Shown here piece after piece: positions 46,331 through 54,715 of a stretch of DNA of 64,000 nucleotides (the first letter of the stretch is position 1; each line of letters starts with the position of its first letter). The notes under the pieces were generated by a model. It made no database searches and was not told the DNA's origin. It was given only the letters and a program-made list of their open reading frames with translations. The stretch spans positions 186,001 through 250,000 of the IMG/VR virus record IMGVR_UViG_3300020178_000002. One strand, written 5' to 3'. Made by a program: the position numbers and the translations under genes.

Positions 46331-47047
46331 TTAACTAGAAGCCCAGCCAAAGAAAACAAAGCCTTTGGTCTTGTTGCTTAACTTACTTTGAACCAATTTA
46401 CCTCTTACAGTGTAGGTAGCAAGTTTAGAGGAATCTTGATAAGACATACCTCCTTGGTCTTGAACCTTTAAAATACGAATAACTTCGTCTGGGTCTATTC
46501 TGTTTGTAACTTGCATAAGCTCTTTCAAACGAGCAACAGCTTCTTTCTTTGTAGAAAACTTCTCAGAGGTGTTACTAGACCTCACAAAGTAAACATCACC
46601 TGTTGGTTTATGTGTTACAATCTTCCTTTTCCCTGCTGGTGTTGTCAGAACAACACCATCCCTCCAAGAAATCTCAACCTCAAGGATAGCTCCTGCTCTT
46701 TTTCTTTTGAGTTTCATCTTCTCTTCGACAATCCTTCGTGCTTCATTCCCATCTTTAGCTTTAACTTTCACTTCAAAGTCCTTTTCAACAAGCACTTTTT
46801 TTTCAGCGAAAGCTACACAACTAGCGGGATCCCACTTTGTAATTTTAAAATTATTATCCTCAGCATACTGATGAGCTTGTTCTTCAGTCATAACTTGACT
46901 AGTAGCCATGACAAAACTGTCTTTTTCAGCAATAGTTCCAGTATAGCCTCTGCTTCCATACTCATACCTTGCATCCTCCACAAGGGAATTAAATACTTTT
47001 CGAGCATCTGACCCATAGCCAACTTCGATAAATGATTGTGCACCCAT
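46331..47047 (-). CDS. hypothetical phage protein (238 aa)
   Basis: AGGAG RBS; GYTGTIAEK...KW...FFGWASS pattern. Confidence 0.75.
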   Translation of the reverse strand: MGAQSFIEVGYGSDARKVFNSLVEDARYEYGSRGYTGTIAEKDSFVMATSQVMTEEQAHQYAEDNNFKITKWDPASCVAFAEKKVLVEKDFEVKVKAKDGNEARRIVEEKMKLKRKRAGAILEVEISWRDGVVLTTPAGKRKIVTHKPTGDVYFVRSSNTSEKFSTKKEAVARLKELMQVTNRIDPDEVIRILKVQDQGGMSYQDSSKLATYTVRGKLVQSKLSNKTKGFVFFGWASS

Positions 47048-47089
47048 AATAGTTTCTCCTATTCTATTGTTTCTTATATACTATTTTTA

Positions 47090-47105
47090 TATAAATAGAC
47101 TACAA
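47090..47105 (-). promoter_or_regulatory. putative late promoter motif (TTGTAGTCTATTTATA)
   Basis: Match upstream of the 46331..47047 gene; the 18-mer is identical to that at 39787. Confidence 0.55.
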
Positions 47106-47117
47106 AGTAGGAAAAAT

Positions 47118-47260
47118 AAATGCCCACTATGCCGAGATATTTGACCAATCCCAAGGTTGCACTGAGTCATGCAATCAAAGAACTGAGCGATTAATGGGGA
47201 ATCTTCTGTAAGAACTTACATTTAAGATTGAATAAACAATCTACCACTTACGAATACCGA
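47118..47260 (-). pseudogene. degenerate duplicate of the nrdB 3' end
   Basis: Encodes ...WDWSNISA* versus nrdB ...WDWDKITA*; shares AAATGCCCACTATGC (15 nt), CCAATCCCA in register, and ACCACTTACGA. Confidence 0.65.
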
Positions 47261-47329
47261 AACACTTGACACTAACTTGTTGAGTACTTAGATTTGAAAT
47301 ATGTAAAACTTTCCTCAAAGGAATCAGAC

Positions 47330-47575
47330 ATGAAGAAAACTATTCTTATCGCAACTCTTTTTATGTTCATCTCGTCAGTTGCTGTCGCCCAAAGCCCTAT
47401 GGCTCGTTGGAACGGACTCGCAGGAAGTGGTCATCAGGGTGGAAGCTCAAAGAGCAGTGGAAGCTCAAAGAGCAGTGGTGGCTCAAAGAGCAGTGGAAGC
47501 TCTAAGAGTGGTGGCTCAAAGGGTGGTGGAAGCTCTAAGAGTGGTGGCTCAAAGGGTGGGAAGAAAGGGAAATAA
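47330..47575 (+). CDS. small secreted Gly/Ser/Lys-repeat protein
   Basis: AAGGA RBS; signal peptide MKKTILIATLFMFISSVAVA-Q; SSKSSG/GSKGGG repeats. Confidence 0.6.
   Translation: MKKTILIATLFMFISSVAVAQSPMARWNGLAGSGHQGGSSKSSGSSKSSGGSKSSGSSKSGGSKGGGSSKSGGSKGGKKGK
47438..47570 (+). repeat. coding minisatellite (GGAAGCTC[A/T]AAGAG / GGTGGCTCAAAG units)
   Basis: About seven imperfect 15-18 nt tandem units. Confidence 0.85.
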
Positions 47576-47583
47576 GAATTTTC

Positions 47584-48663
47584 TTATAGGGACTTGGTAC
47601 TCACAGCTTCATAACCTCGCTTGCTGCCAAGCTCCCAATCTCCCCTCTTCAGCAACAAACTCTTAGCCTTACCCTTGCCTAAGATGCAAGTCTGCTTGAG
47701 AGTGTGGTTTCTCACCTGTAAGTTCGCACTCTTAAAGGTATAGCCCTCCTCTAACTTGTCCAAGTAAACCTCACGAGGCACAAGCTCTACCTCACCCTCT
47801 AAGTTAATCAACTTCACAGGCTTCAAAGACCAATTCCCCATCTGACCCTTAGACTTGGCCTCCCGAACACCCTCTAACTTAGAGATCACATCATAGTTGA
47901 CCCTCTCTAAGTCATAGTGAGTTCCAAACTTGAACCCATGCTCCAAAACAAGATGCTTCACCACATCATGCTGACCACAACTATATATCCCAATGTCCAT
48001 ATGGTGAATGTTCACAACACCCTTAGAGCAAAGCGACCAACCCAGCCTAAAGTACTCCGCTAACTGCTCTCTTGGTATCTCGATCTCAACTCCGTCTTTC
48101 TCTACCTTGATCGGTTTCATATTTCCGTCCCTACATTTACCTTTCCACTCGATATTGTCATACATAACATCTCTTTGCTTCTTCTTAAACGAGGGGTCCT
48201 TTATAGTCTTAGTATAAGACTCATGCCACCTCTGTCGTGCTTCTCCCTCTCTTGAAGCAAGAACCTTCTCACGATAGCCCTCATCCTCCCATAAGGATTT
48301 CGTCCTCTCACTCATCTCCATCCTAACGATAGAGTCCGAGCAATAATGCTTCAAAGCGTTAGATGAAGAACCCATACCCCCACTGTTCATGTTCAAACAA
48401 AGTGGGTCGTGGTCATCACCACCGATATACTTCTCGCCCACAATATCTGCCTCATAAGCGTAAGCTTCACTCTCCTCATCAAACTCCTTTAAGATTTCTT
48501 TCTCAAACTCATTAGGGTGAGCTTTCATCTTACGCAAAAGCAAGATGCCAGAGCCTTGATACTTACTTCCATCTGGATCTCGATCAGAGTAAGTACCCTT
48601 GCCGATGTAATACTCGCCTGTCCTCTTGTTAAACTGACGATAAACATAATAACCTTTAGCCAT
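47584..48663 (-). mobile_element. free-standing GIY-YIG homing endonuclease
   Basis: YYVY...YYIG...Y.GSG N-terminal nuclease motif; immediately downstream of nrdB. Confidence 0.85.
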
Positions 48664-48737
48664 CTCAAATGCCCTTTCAAAGTATTTATTGAAAAGTGTA
48701 CTTGAGTGCTAAGATTTAGTCAATCCTAAAATGCCCA

Positions 48738-49712
48738 CTATGCTGTGATTTTATCCCAATCCCACTCGCCCGAAAGACCATTATTTGAATAATCTGAGAC
48801 AACCCCCTCAAAGAAGTTCTTAAAGCTATCACCACTTACGACCCAATCGAGCCATTTTAGGGGATTATTTTTCTGACCGAAGACAGGTTTGAGTCCGAGT
48901 TGTAGGAGTCTTCTATCTGCAAGGTATCGAACATAAGTCTTAACCTCTTGAGAGGTGAGACCTTGAAGTTCTACACCTTGGAAAACAAGATCTACAAGAG
49001 CATCCTCAAGCTCAACGGCTTTTTCATAGTTTGTGTAGATGTAGCTCTTGAGCTTATCTGTCACAACTCTGGGGTGTTCCTTGCAGTATTCCTGAAAGAG
49101 CTTAGTCATACCTTCTACATGAGTGCTTTCATCTCTAATGCTCCATTCAACAATCTCACACATGCCTTTCATCTTCCCAAAGCGTTGGAAGTTGAGCAGC
49201 ATAACAAAAGCAGAGAAGAGACTCATGCCCTCATTGCAGACAGAACGTGCAAGTTCAAATGCAAGGTGAGTGGCCTTCCCCAGACCCTCAGGAGCTTCTG
49301 TCATGAATTCAATCTTCTCACGCATCTCATCAAACTTGAGAAATGCGGAGTATTCTTTTTCTGCAAGACCCAGAGTATCATTAAGTAAAGCATATGCTCT
49401 CTGGTGAGTACCCTCTCTATTTGCGAAAGAGAGAAGCATATTCCTAATCTCATTGTTCTTAAACTCTTTAATAAAAACATCACAGTAGTTGCCACCGACT
49501 GCAACATCACTCTGGGTGAAGATTCTTAGGATTTGAGTAATGAAATCTCTTTCTTGGTCTGTAAGACCTTGACCTTTCCATTGGTTTACATCATCTTGAA
49601 GCTTTGCTTCCCAAGTACCCCAATGGATTTTTTCATGTTCTTCACTGATCTGCATAGCCCAAGGGTATTGGAATGGTTTAAATGCTTTACTGAAACTTGT
49701 TAATCCTGACAT
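48738..49712 (-). CDS. nrdB: ribonucleotide reductase class Ia beta subunit
   Basis: FTQSDV.V, REGTH..AY, EG..LFS.F, RDES.H di-iron motifs; the likely start is ATG 49712. Confidence 0.95.
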   Translation of the reverse strand: MSGLTSFSKAFKPFQYPWAMQISEEHEKIHWGTWEAKLQDDVNQWKGQGLTDQERDFITQILRIFTQSDVAVGGNYCDVFIKEFKNNEIRNMLLSFANREGTHQRAYALLNDTLGLAEKEYSAFLKFDEMREKIEFMTEAPEGLGKATHLAFELARSVCNEGMSLFSAFVMLLNFQRFGKMKGMCEIVEWSIRDESTHVEGMTKLFQEYCKEHPRVVTDKLKSYIYTNYEKAVELEDALVDLVFQGVELQGLTSQEVKTYVRYLADRRLLQLGLKPVFGQKNNPLKWLDWVVSGDSFKNFFEGVVSDYSNNGLSGEWDWDKITA

Positions 49713-49956
49713 ATATCTTTTCCTTTTGATGAACACAGCTCAAAACAAAGCTGCTTAATACTGCCTTTAAAGGCATCTTACCTGTGTGCTAATAACTCTA
49801 AATCTTTGAAACAATATTCTTGCACTTTAGAGTTGGTAACAATACTAGCAAAATCAATATAAGGTCTAGCAGAAGCTAGATCATTATCCTTACATTATTC
49901 CTCAATGAAATTAAATCCCTAAAGCCAGATTTAAATTTTGAGTTTTTTTTAGACAT

Positions 49957-49994
49957 AAAAAAAGGCAGAGGGCTGTGAAGCCTCTCTACCTTTT
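49957..49994 (-). terminator. intrinsic terminator
   Basis: AAAAGGCAGAGGGCT / GCCTCTCTACCTTTT hairpin after the 50058 gene. Confidence 0.65.
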
Positions 49995-50057
49995 CTAACT
50001 CTTCCTACTACAACAAGAAGTAATCTACACTCATTATAGGGTGATGGCAAGCATAAA

Positions 50058-50810
50058 TTATGTCCATTCATCAAATAATTCATCTAGGTTTACATCATCA
50101 ACATTTGTGTTGACCTTATCTAATGAAATCTTTTCAATCACAGCAATAGATGCGGTGTTATTTGTAGGTAGTTCTTTTCTCTTGGTAGAAGATAGAAGAT
50201 TGACAATCTCCTCTCCAGAGGTATTTTCTTCTTTTTCAACTCCCTGAGAAACAAAGTTATCTATAATATCATTTAAGCCAGTGCTTGATTCTCGGTTAAT
50301 ATTAAACGACTTAGACCCCCATCGTTGACCTAAAGCAATTTGCTCTTGGCAAAGCTTAAGCTGATCTCTGAGTCGGCCTTGAATGTCTTTTAAGTCTGAC
50401 CTTTTTGCTTTGATAACAACAAGCAGGTCTTCAAGGTCGTGTACAGAGAGACTAAAGTCATTAATCTTACTTTGAATATGTACTAGTCGAGTAGCTGCTA
50501 GAGCTTCACGTTCTTTTTGACTTCTACCAGACCTAACATGAGGGTCATTTGCAATAAGCTGAGTCTGCTCGAGAGTATATTCAGTTTGCTTTACAAGCAG
50601 AGATCTCTTTAGCTTTTGCTGGTTATGACTTACTTCCATAAAGATCTTCTCTGTGGCAGAGAGAAATCCTCTAACTTCACTAACTTTATAGTTTAGTCTA
50701 CTTGGACCAAACTCAATAGGGTCAGCATCTAGCTGTACATCCATTTCAGATAGTTTTGTATATATGCGATCAATGTACTCTTGTGTAATCATAGCTCTCT
50801 CCATCATCAT
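50058..50810 (-). CDS. coiled-coil hypothetical protein (possibly a UvsY-like recombination mediator)
   Basis: Helical 250 aa protein with an acidic tail; the functional call is weak. Confidence 0.5.
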   Translation of the reverse strand: MMMERAMITQEYIDRIYTKLSEMDVQLDADPIEFGPSRLNYKVSEVRGFLSATEKIFMEVSHNQQKLKRSLLVKQTEYTLEQTQLIANDPHVRSGRSQKEREALAATRLVHIQSKINDFSLSVHDLEDLLVVIKAKRSDLKDIQGRLRDQLKLCQEQIALGQRWGSKSFNINRESSTGLNDIIDNFVSQGVEKEENTSGEEIVNLLSSTKRKELPTNNTASIAVIEKISLDKVNTNVDDVNLDELFDEWT

Positions 50811-51136
50811 TACTTTTCTCCTGCAAGCAAGAGTTGTTTGTAGTTGGCTTTAGTTCCTGCAACCGCTTCGTTCATTTCATTAACAGAAATAATACCTGAT
50901 GCACAGGCTTGTCTAAAAGCTAGCACATTAACTTCTAAAGACAACAGGTTTGAAGCAATCCTTGCTTCATCTGTTGAGAGACCCTCGTCATAGTTTGACA
51001 CCATAGATAAGAAAACATCACCACCATTACGGGGTACTTTCACTATACGACTTGCAGTGATCTGCGTAATCTTACCTTTTTCTCGAATCGTTTCAATTTT
51101 TGTTTTTAAGTTATCCAAATCAATATCCTTTCTCAT
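50810..51136 (-). CDS. hypothetical protein (108 aa)
   Basis: TAATG coupling to the downstream gene. Confidence 0.7.
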   Translation of the reverse strand: MRKDIDLDNLKTKIETIREKGKITQITASRIVKVPRNGGDVFLSMVSNYDEGLSTDEARIASNLLSLEVNVLAFRQACASGIISVNEMNEAVAGTKANYKQLLLAGEK

Positions 51137-51178
51137 TATTCTATGTGTATTATAGGATTGACTTGGACTCCTCTTAAT

Positions 51179-51313
51179 TTAATCTTCTTCTCTGCTGTAA
51201 TATTTGCCGTTTATATACTTGTGATGCTGGTGTAAAACCATGAAGCAAAAAACAACAGCACTTGTTACCAATAAGATTAAGATAACAAGCAATACAAGAA
51301 TCGCATATGTCAT
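51179..51313 (-). CDS. small single-TM protein (44 aa, not in ORF track)
   Basis: MTYAILVLLVILILLVTSAVVFCFMV...EED*. Confidence 0.5.
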   Translation of the reverse strand: MTYAILVLLVILILLVTSAVVFCFMVLHQHHKYINGKYYSREED

Positions 51314-51318
51314 AAAAT

Positions 51319-52638
51319 TCACTTAAGCCTCTTTACAGTCAAAACAGGGTCTGACCCCTCTACTTTAATCGCTATTCTAAATCGTTCCTTATAAACCAAA
51401 TCCCCATATTTGTTTCTTCTGCCTTTTGCTGAATCATGATCTAAGACTTGGCAATCAGGAATTTCATGGGTATCTAAGTACTCTTTAAGTACCCACACTC
51501 TCCTATAGTGTGAAGAATAATATCTGGGGTCTACTTCTTTTCTATTTCTCTTAACAGAAGAAGCCCATTCTGGCTCACCTCCAGAGATATATGTGATCTT
51601 ATAGTATTCACCATTTGATTTCTTCACTTTTCCATAGAAAGGTGTTTGAGCGTTTTTCTTTCTTGAGGCCACTCTAGTTTTCTTAGTAGTGACTTCTTTT
51701 GATCTTGCATACAGAAGAGTCTTAATCCCTATATCCATAGCTTCTCCCATTCTGGAGAGTTCCAGATTGAAGCTATCAGAAGTCTCTGCTTTGAAAGAGT
51801 AGTTTCTATCAACACTAATATCAAACTCGAAACCAAGACTCTCTCCGAGTCCGAGTTGAATAAACTCTATCTTCTCTTTCAGATCTGACATATCTTTTGC
51901 ATACAGTCTAGCAAGAGAAAAGGTACTTTCATGATTTGGTTCAGATACTAGATGAACAGCAATAGGATTTCTAGTTCCTAAATACCTTTCAAAGTGATCT
52001 TTTGAAACTTCCCATTCCTGACCATTCATCTTTTCAAAGTTAACAATCAGGACACCACCTACTTTTGATTCGTTCGCAGAAAACTTGTATCCACTTTTGG
52101 TTTGAAAAGACTCATTACTATCAGAGAAAGCAATTGCAGATTTAACATACAGAGAAGAGTTGCTTGTACTCACCCAACTAATAGCAGGTAGATCAACCAG
52201 ATCTTCATAAGGAGTTTTATCTACAGGGATAGCTTTCAGTGATTCTATTAACTCATCTTTGATAGAATACTCATCAGCACCTTTAACGTAGTAGTTTAGC
52301 AAGTAGTTTATTTCTTGAGGAATCATCAACAGGTAGTTGAGAGCTAACTCAACAACATCTGTTTCTATTTCTCCTACATAAACTTTTACATCTTGCCATG
52401 CAGTATCTTTATTTTCTTCCAGATCTATTTCATCTTTTTGATGAGCAATCAAACCATATGCTCTATCATTCAGAGATTGAGTAACTACTTGAATCAATCT
52501 CTCATGTAAGTCTTTCCTATACACAGGAAGACTTACTTTTCTTAATTCATTCTTAAGGGAGTTAAAGAAATCTTTAGTCATAGAATCAGATTCTATACGT
52601 TTTAGAAGACTATCTTTAGGAATAGTTGTTGTTATCAT
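51319..52638 (-). CDS. hypothetical protein (439 aa)
   Basis: Long ORF with a basic C-terminal region. Confidence 0.75.
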   Translation of the reverse strand: MITTTIPKDSLLKRIESDSMTKDFFNSLKNELRKVSLPVYRKDLHERLIQVVTQSLNDRAYGLIAHQKDEIDLEENKDTAWQDVKVYVGEIETDVVELALNYLLMIPQEINYLLNYYVKGADEYSIKDELIESLKAIPVDKTPYEDLVDLPAISWVSTSNSSLYVKSAIAFSDSNESFQTKSGYKFSANESKVGGVLIVNFEKMNGQEWEVSKDHFERYLGTRNPIAVHLVSEPNHESTFSLARLYAKDMSDLKEKIEFIQLGLGESLGFEFDISVDRNYSFKAETSDSFNLELSRMGEAMDIGIKTLLYARSKEVTTKKTRVASRKKNAQTPFYGKVKKSNGEYYKITYISGGEPEWASSVKRNRKEVDPRYYSSHYRRVWVLKEYLDTHEIPDCQVLDHDSAKGRRNKYGDLVYKERFRIAIKVEGSDPVLTVKRLK

Positions 52639-52639
52639 A

Positions 52640-53110
52640 TTTGTAAAACCATTTGTTGTATGAGTTGTATTAGAACTACTACTATTAGCTGAAGCTATAT
52701 TAGTATTGGTATGTGTTATATGATTAGTTGTAGAAGAAGAACTAGATTATGTTTTCTTTTTTTTCGTAAACCTTAGACGATACAAGTATCTTACTAACCT
52801 TTACTCAAACTATTAGAGTCTTACATCCTCTAATAGATATATACTTAAGTAATGTTATCTTTGTAGATACTAGAAGAGACTAGTTAGAGATAGTTGCCTA
52901 TCAGATATCTCAACGGAGTAATGAGACTAACCTTCTCCCAGAAAGCATATCCTCTAAAGTTTATTTTTAGAGGATACCTATAAGCCTTCATAGCGTATGA
53001 ACAGTTATTTGATAGCTAGGTGCGTACTAACAAGTAGCTTATCCCACCTAGTAGGTATTACCTACCTCTCTACCTGTAAGAGTTGAGAGGGCTGGTTCTC
53101 TTTATACAAT
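52640..53110. other. long non-coding, hairpin-rich divergent intergenic region (candidate origin or structured RNA)
   Basis: No ORF of 60 aa or more; inverted repeats at 52779-52790, 52810-52836, 52948-52976, 52987-53001, 53016-53051, 53051-53065 and 53065-53090. Confidence 0.55.
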
Positions 53111-53178
53111 AATTCATGCTGAGTGCAAGAAAATTTATAAGAGGGGTTGAACAAAGAAAAATAAAAGGAGAGAGATTG

Positions 53179-53769
53179 ATGATTGTTATACATCATGGGA
53201 GTGGAGTAGAAACAGCTTTAGGAGAGCTGCTAGAAGATAAGAATCTTGTTAAGCCACCTTATAAGGATTTAAAAGCAGATGCTGTGAGAGATCTTGTAGC
53301 TACTTATTCACAAGTATGGCCTATTAGGAATCCTGTAATAGTTGCTGGTCCTCTTGATGAAGCTAATCCCTCAACTTTAGATATTCTGTTGAAAAGAATA
53401 GAAGAACCTCTTGAGGGTTCTCCAGAGTTAATTCTGTGGGCTAGAGATTATGGTTCTGTTCCTCCAACTATTAGATCACGCTGTGGTGAACAGTTTCATT
53501 ATCAGTTTGTAGGTCAACATGAACTATATCAGTTAGCAGAAACGCTCTTAAAAGGACTTTTAGAGAAAAACCTAGTGGTTGTATCGGATTCACTAAGAAA
53601 AGTCGATACAGGTCAATACAGAGCTTTTCTTGAAGCTTATGTGGAAGTTGTTTTAGATAAGAAAGAAGTAGATTTGTATACAGAAGATCTGAAGATGGTT
53701 TTAAGAAGACCTAGAGTAAGTCAAATAGCCTTGTATGGATTCTTTTTAGGGGGTCTGAAATGTCAGTAA
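53179..53769 (+). CDS. clamp-loader delta-prime-like subunit (HolB-like)
   Basis: LLKRIEEP...LIL......VPPTIRSRC; the likely start is ATG 53179. Confidence 0.7.
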   Translation: MIVIHHGSGVETALGELLEDKNLVKPPYKDLKADAVRDLVATYSQVWPIRNPVIVAGPLDEANPSTLDILLKRIEEPLEGSPELILWARDYGSVPPTIRSRCGEQFHYQFVGQHELYQLAETLLKGLLEKNLVVVSDSLRKVDTGQYRAFLEAYVEVVLDKKEVDLYTEDLKMVLRRPRVSQIALYGFFLGGLKCQ

Positions 53770-54677
53770 TGGTTTTACATGGGAACTCAAAGAGTTATAT
53801 CCAGATTAGATCTCAAGAGATTCTTGAAGAATACAGAGCGAATGGTTATGAAGTCAGAGATCTTTCCCCAAAGAGTGAACTCTCTCTGGAAGAGTGTTTC
53901 AGCTCTGGTTTGTTTGACACAAGCCCTATTTTAGTTTTTGTTAAGAACCCTATGAAAGTTAAAGGTCTTAGTGCTTACTTGAAAGATACAAGGGGTTGTG
54001 AGGTTCTTGTATGTTATGACAAGGATAAATTGCCGAAGATGTTAACAGGCTATATGTCTCAATGTTTTACAGAGCCTAAATACGACAATCAGAAATTAGA
54101 TTGGTGTGCTAAGTTTGTATCAGACTATGTAGAAAGGCACGGGAAGAAGATTTCGAAAGATCTTTCAAAGGCTGTTGTTTCAAAAGTAGGTACAGATCTT
54201 GGTGTCCTTCGATTTGAGGTCTTGAAATATGTCATGTCAAGCGAGGGGGAAGATATTACTCCACGAACCATTGCAGGGAACTTGGGGGATTTGACAGGGC
54301 CAGAGTCTTCTGATTTGATTGACTCTATCATAAGCAGAGACTCGAGAAGATTTCTTAAGGTATGTGCCAAGATAGAAAAGAGTAGTTCAACAGATCAAAC
54401 GATGGCTGTTTGTAATGGTCTTTTGTTCTACACTTTAAGACAGTTATTTGACGTAGGTGTTTTGCTTGCAGAAAAATATACACCCGATCAGATTGCAAAT
54501 GATTTAGGAAAGAACCCTTGGTTGGTACAAAATATATTAAAGCCTCAAGTTGAGTCATTGGGTCTTGAAAGAATTATTCTTTTAATAGAGTCTCTATATA
54601 ACTCAGAGAATTCTGTTCTGAAAGGTTCACGAAACCCTTGGAGCAAATTCAAGTCAGAAATCTTAAGAAACATTTAA
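53760..54677 (+). CDS. clamp-loader delta-like subunit (HolA-like)
   Basis: VG.DLG.L..E..K lid motif, PWLV...., E..LKG; 305 aa. Confidence 0.7.
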   Translation: MSVMVLHGNSKSYIQIRSQEILEEYRANGYEVRDLSPKSELSLEECFSSGLFDTSPILVFVKNPMKVKGLSAYLKDTRGCEVLVCYDKDKLPKMLTGYMSQCFTEPKYDNQKLDWCAKFVSDYVERHGKKISKDLSKAVVSKVGTDLGVLRFEVLKYVMSSEGEDITPRTIAGNLGDLTGPESSDLIDSIISRDSRRFLKVCAKIEKSSSTDQTMAVCNGLLFYTLRQLFDVGVLLAEKYTPDQIANDLGKNPWLVQNILKPQVESLGLERIILLIESLYNSENSVLKGSRNPWSKFKSEILRNI

Positions 54678-54715
54678 ATGAAGCCCACAAGGTTATAGTG
54701 GGCGAAGGATATGAA

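Noticed and set aside
46511-47011. 166 aa antisense ORF (similarly 9216..9551, 22176..22601, 36085..36420, 48948..49388 and other short nested ORFs)
   Set aside because: These are shadow ORFs opposite well-supported genes, with Phe/Leu/Ser-biased composition and no RBS.
47438-47570. Tandem repeats as a possible CRISPR array
   Set aside because: The units are contiguous codon-phase repeats without unique spacers, and no cas genes are present.
47127-48737. Group I intron in nrdB with the 47127 piece as exon 2
   Set aside because: nrdB is already complete with its own stop, I could not identify P7 or other core elements, and an opposite-strand gene lies inside. RT-PCR would settle it.
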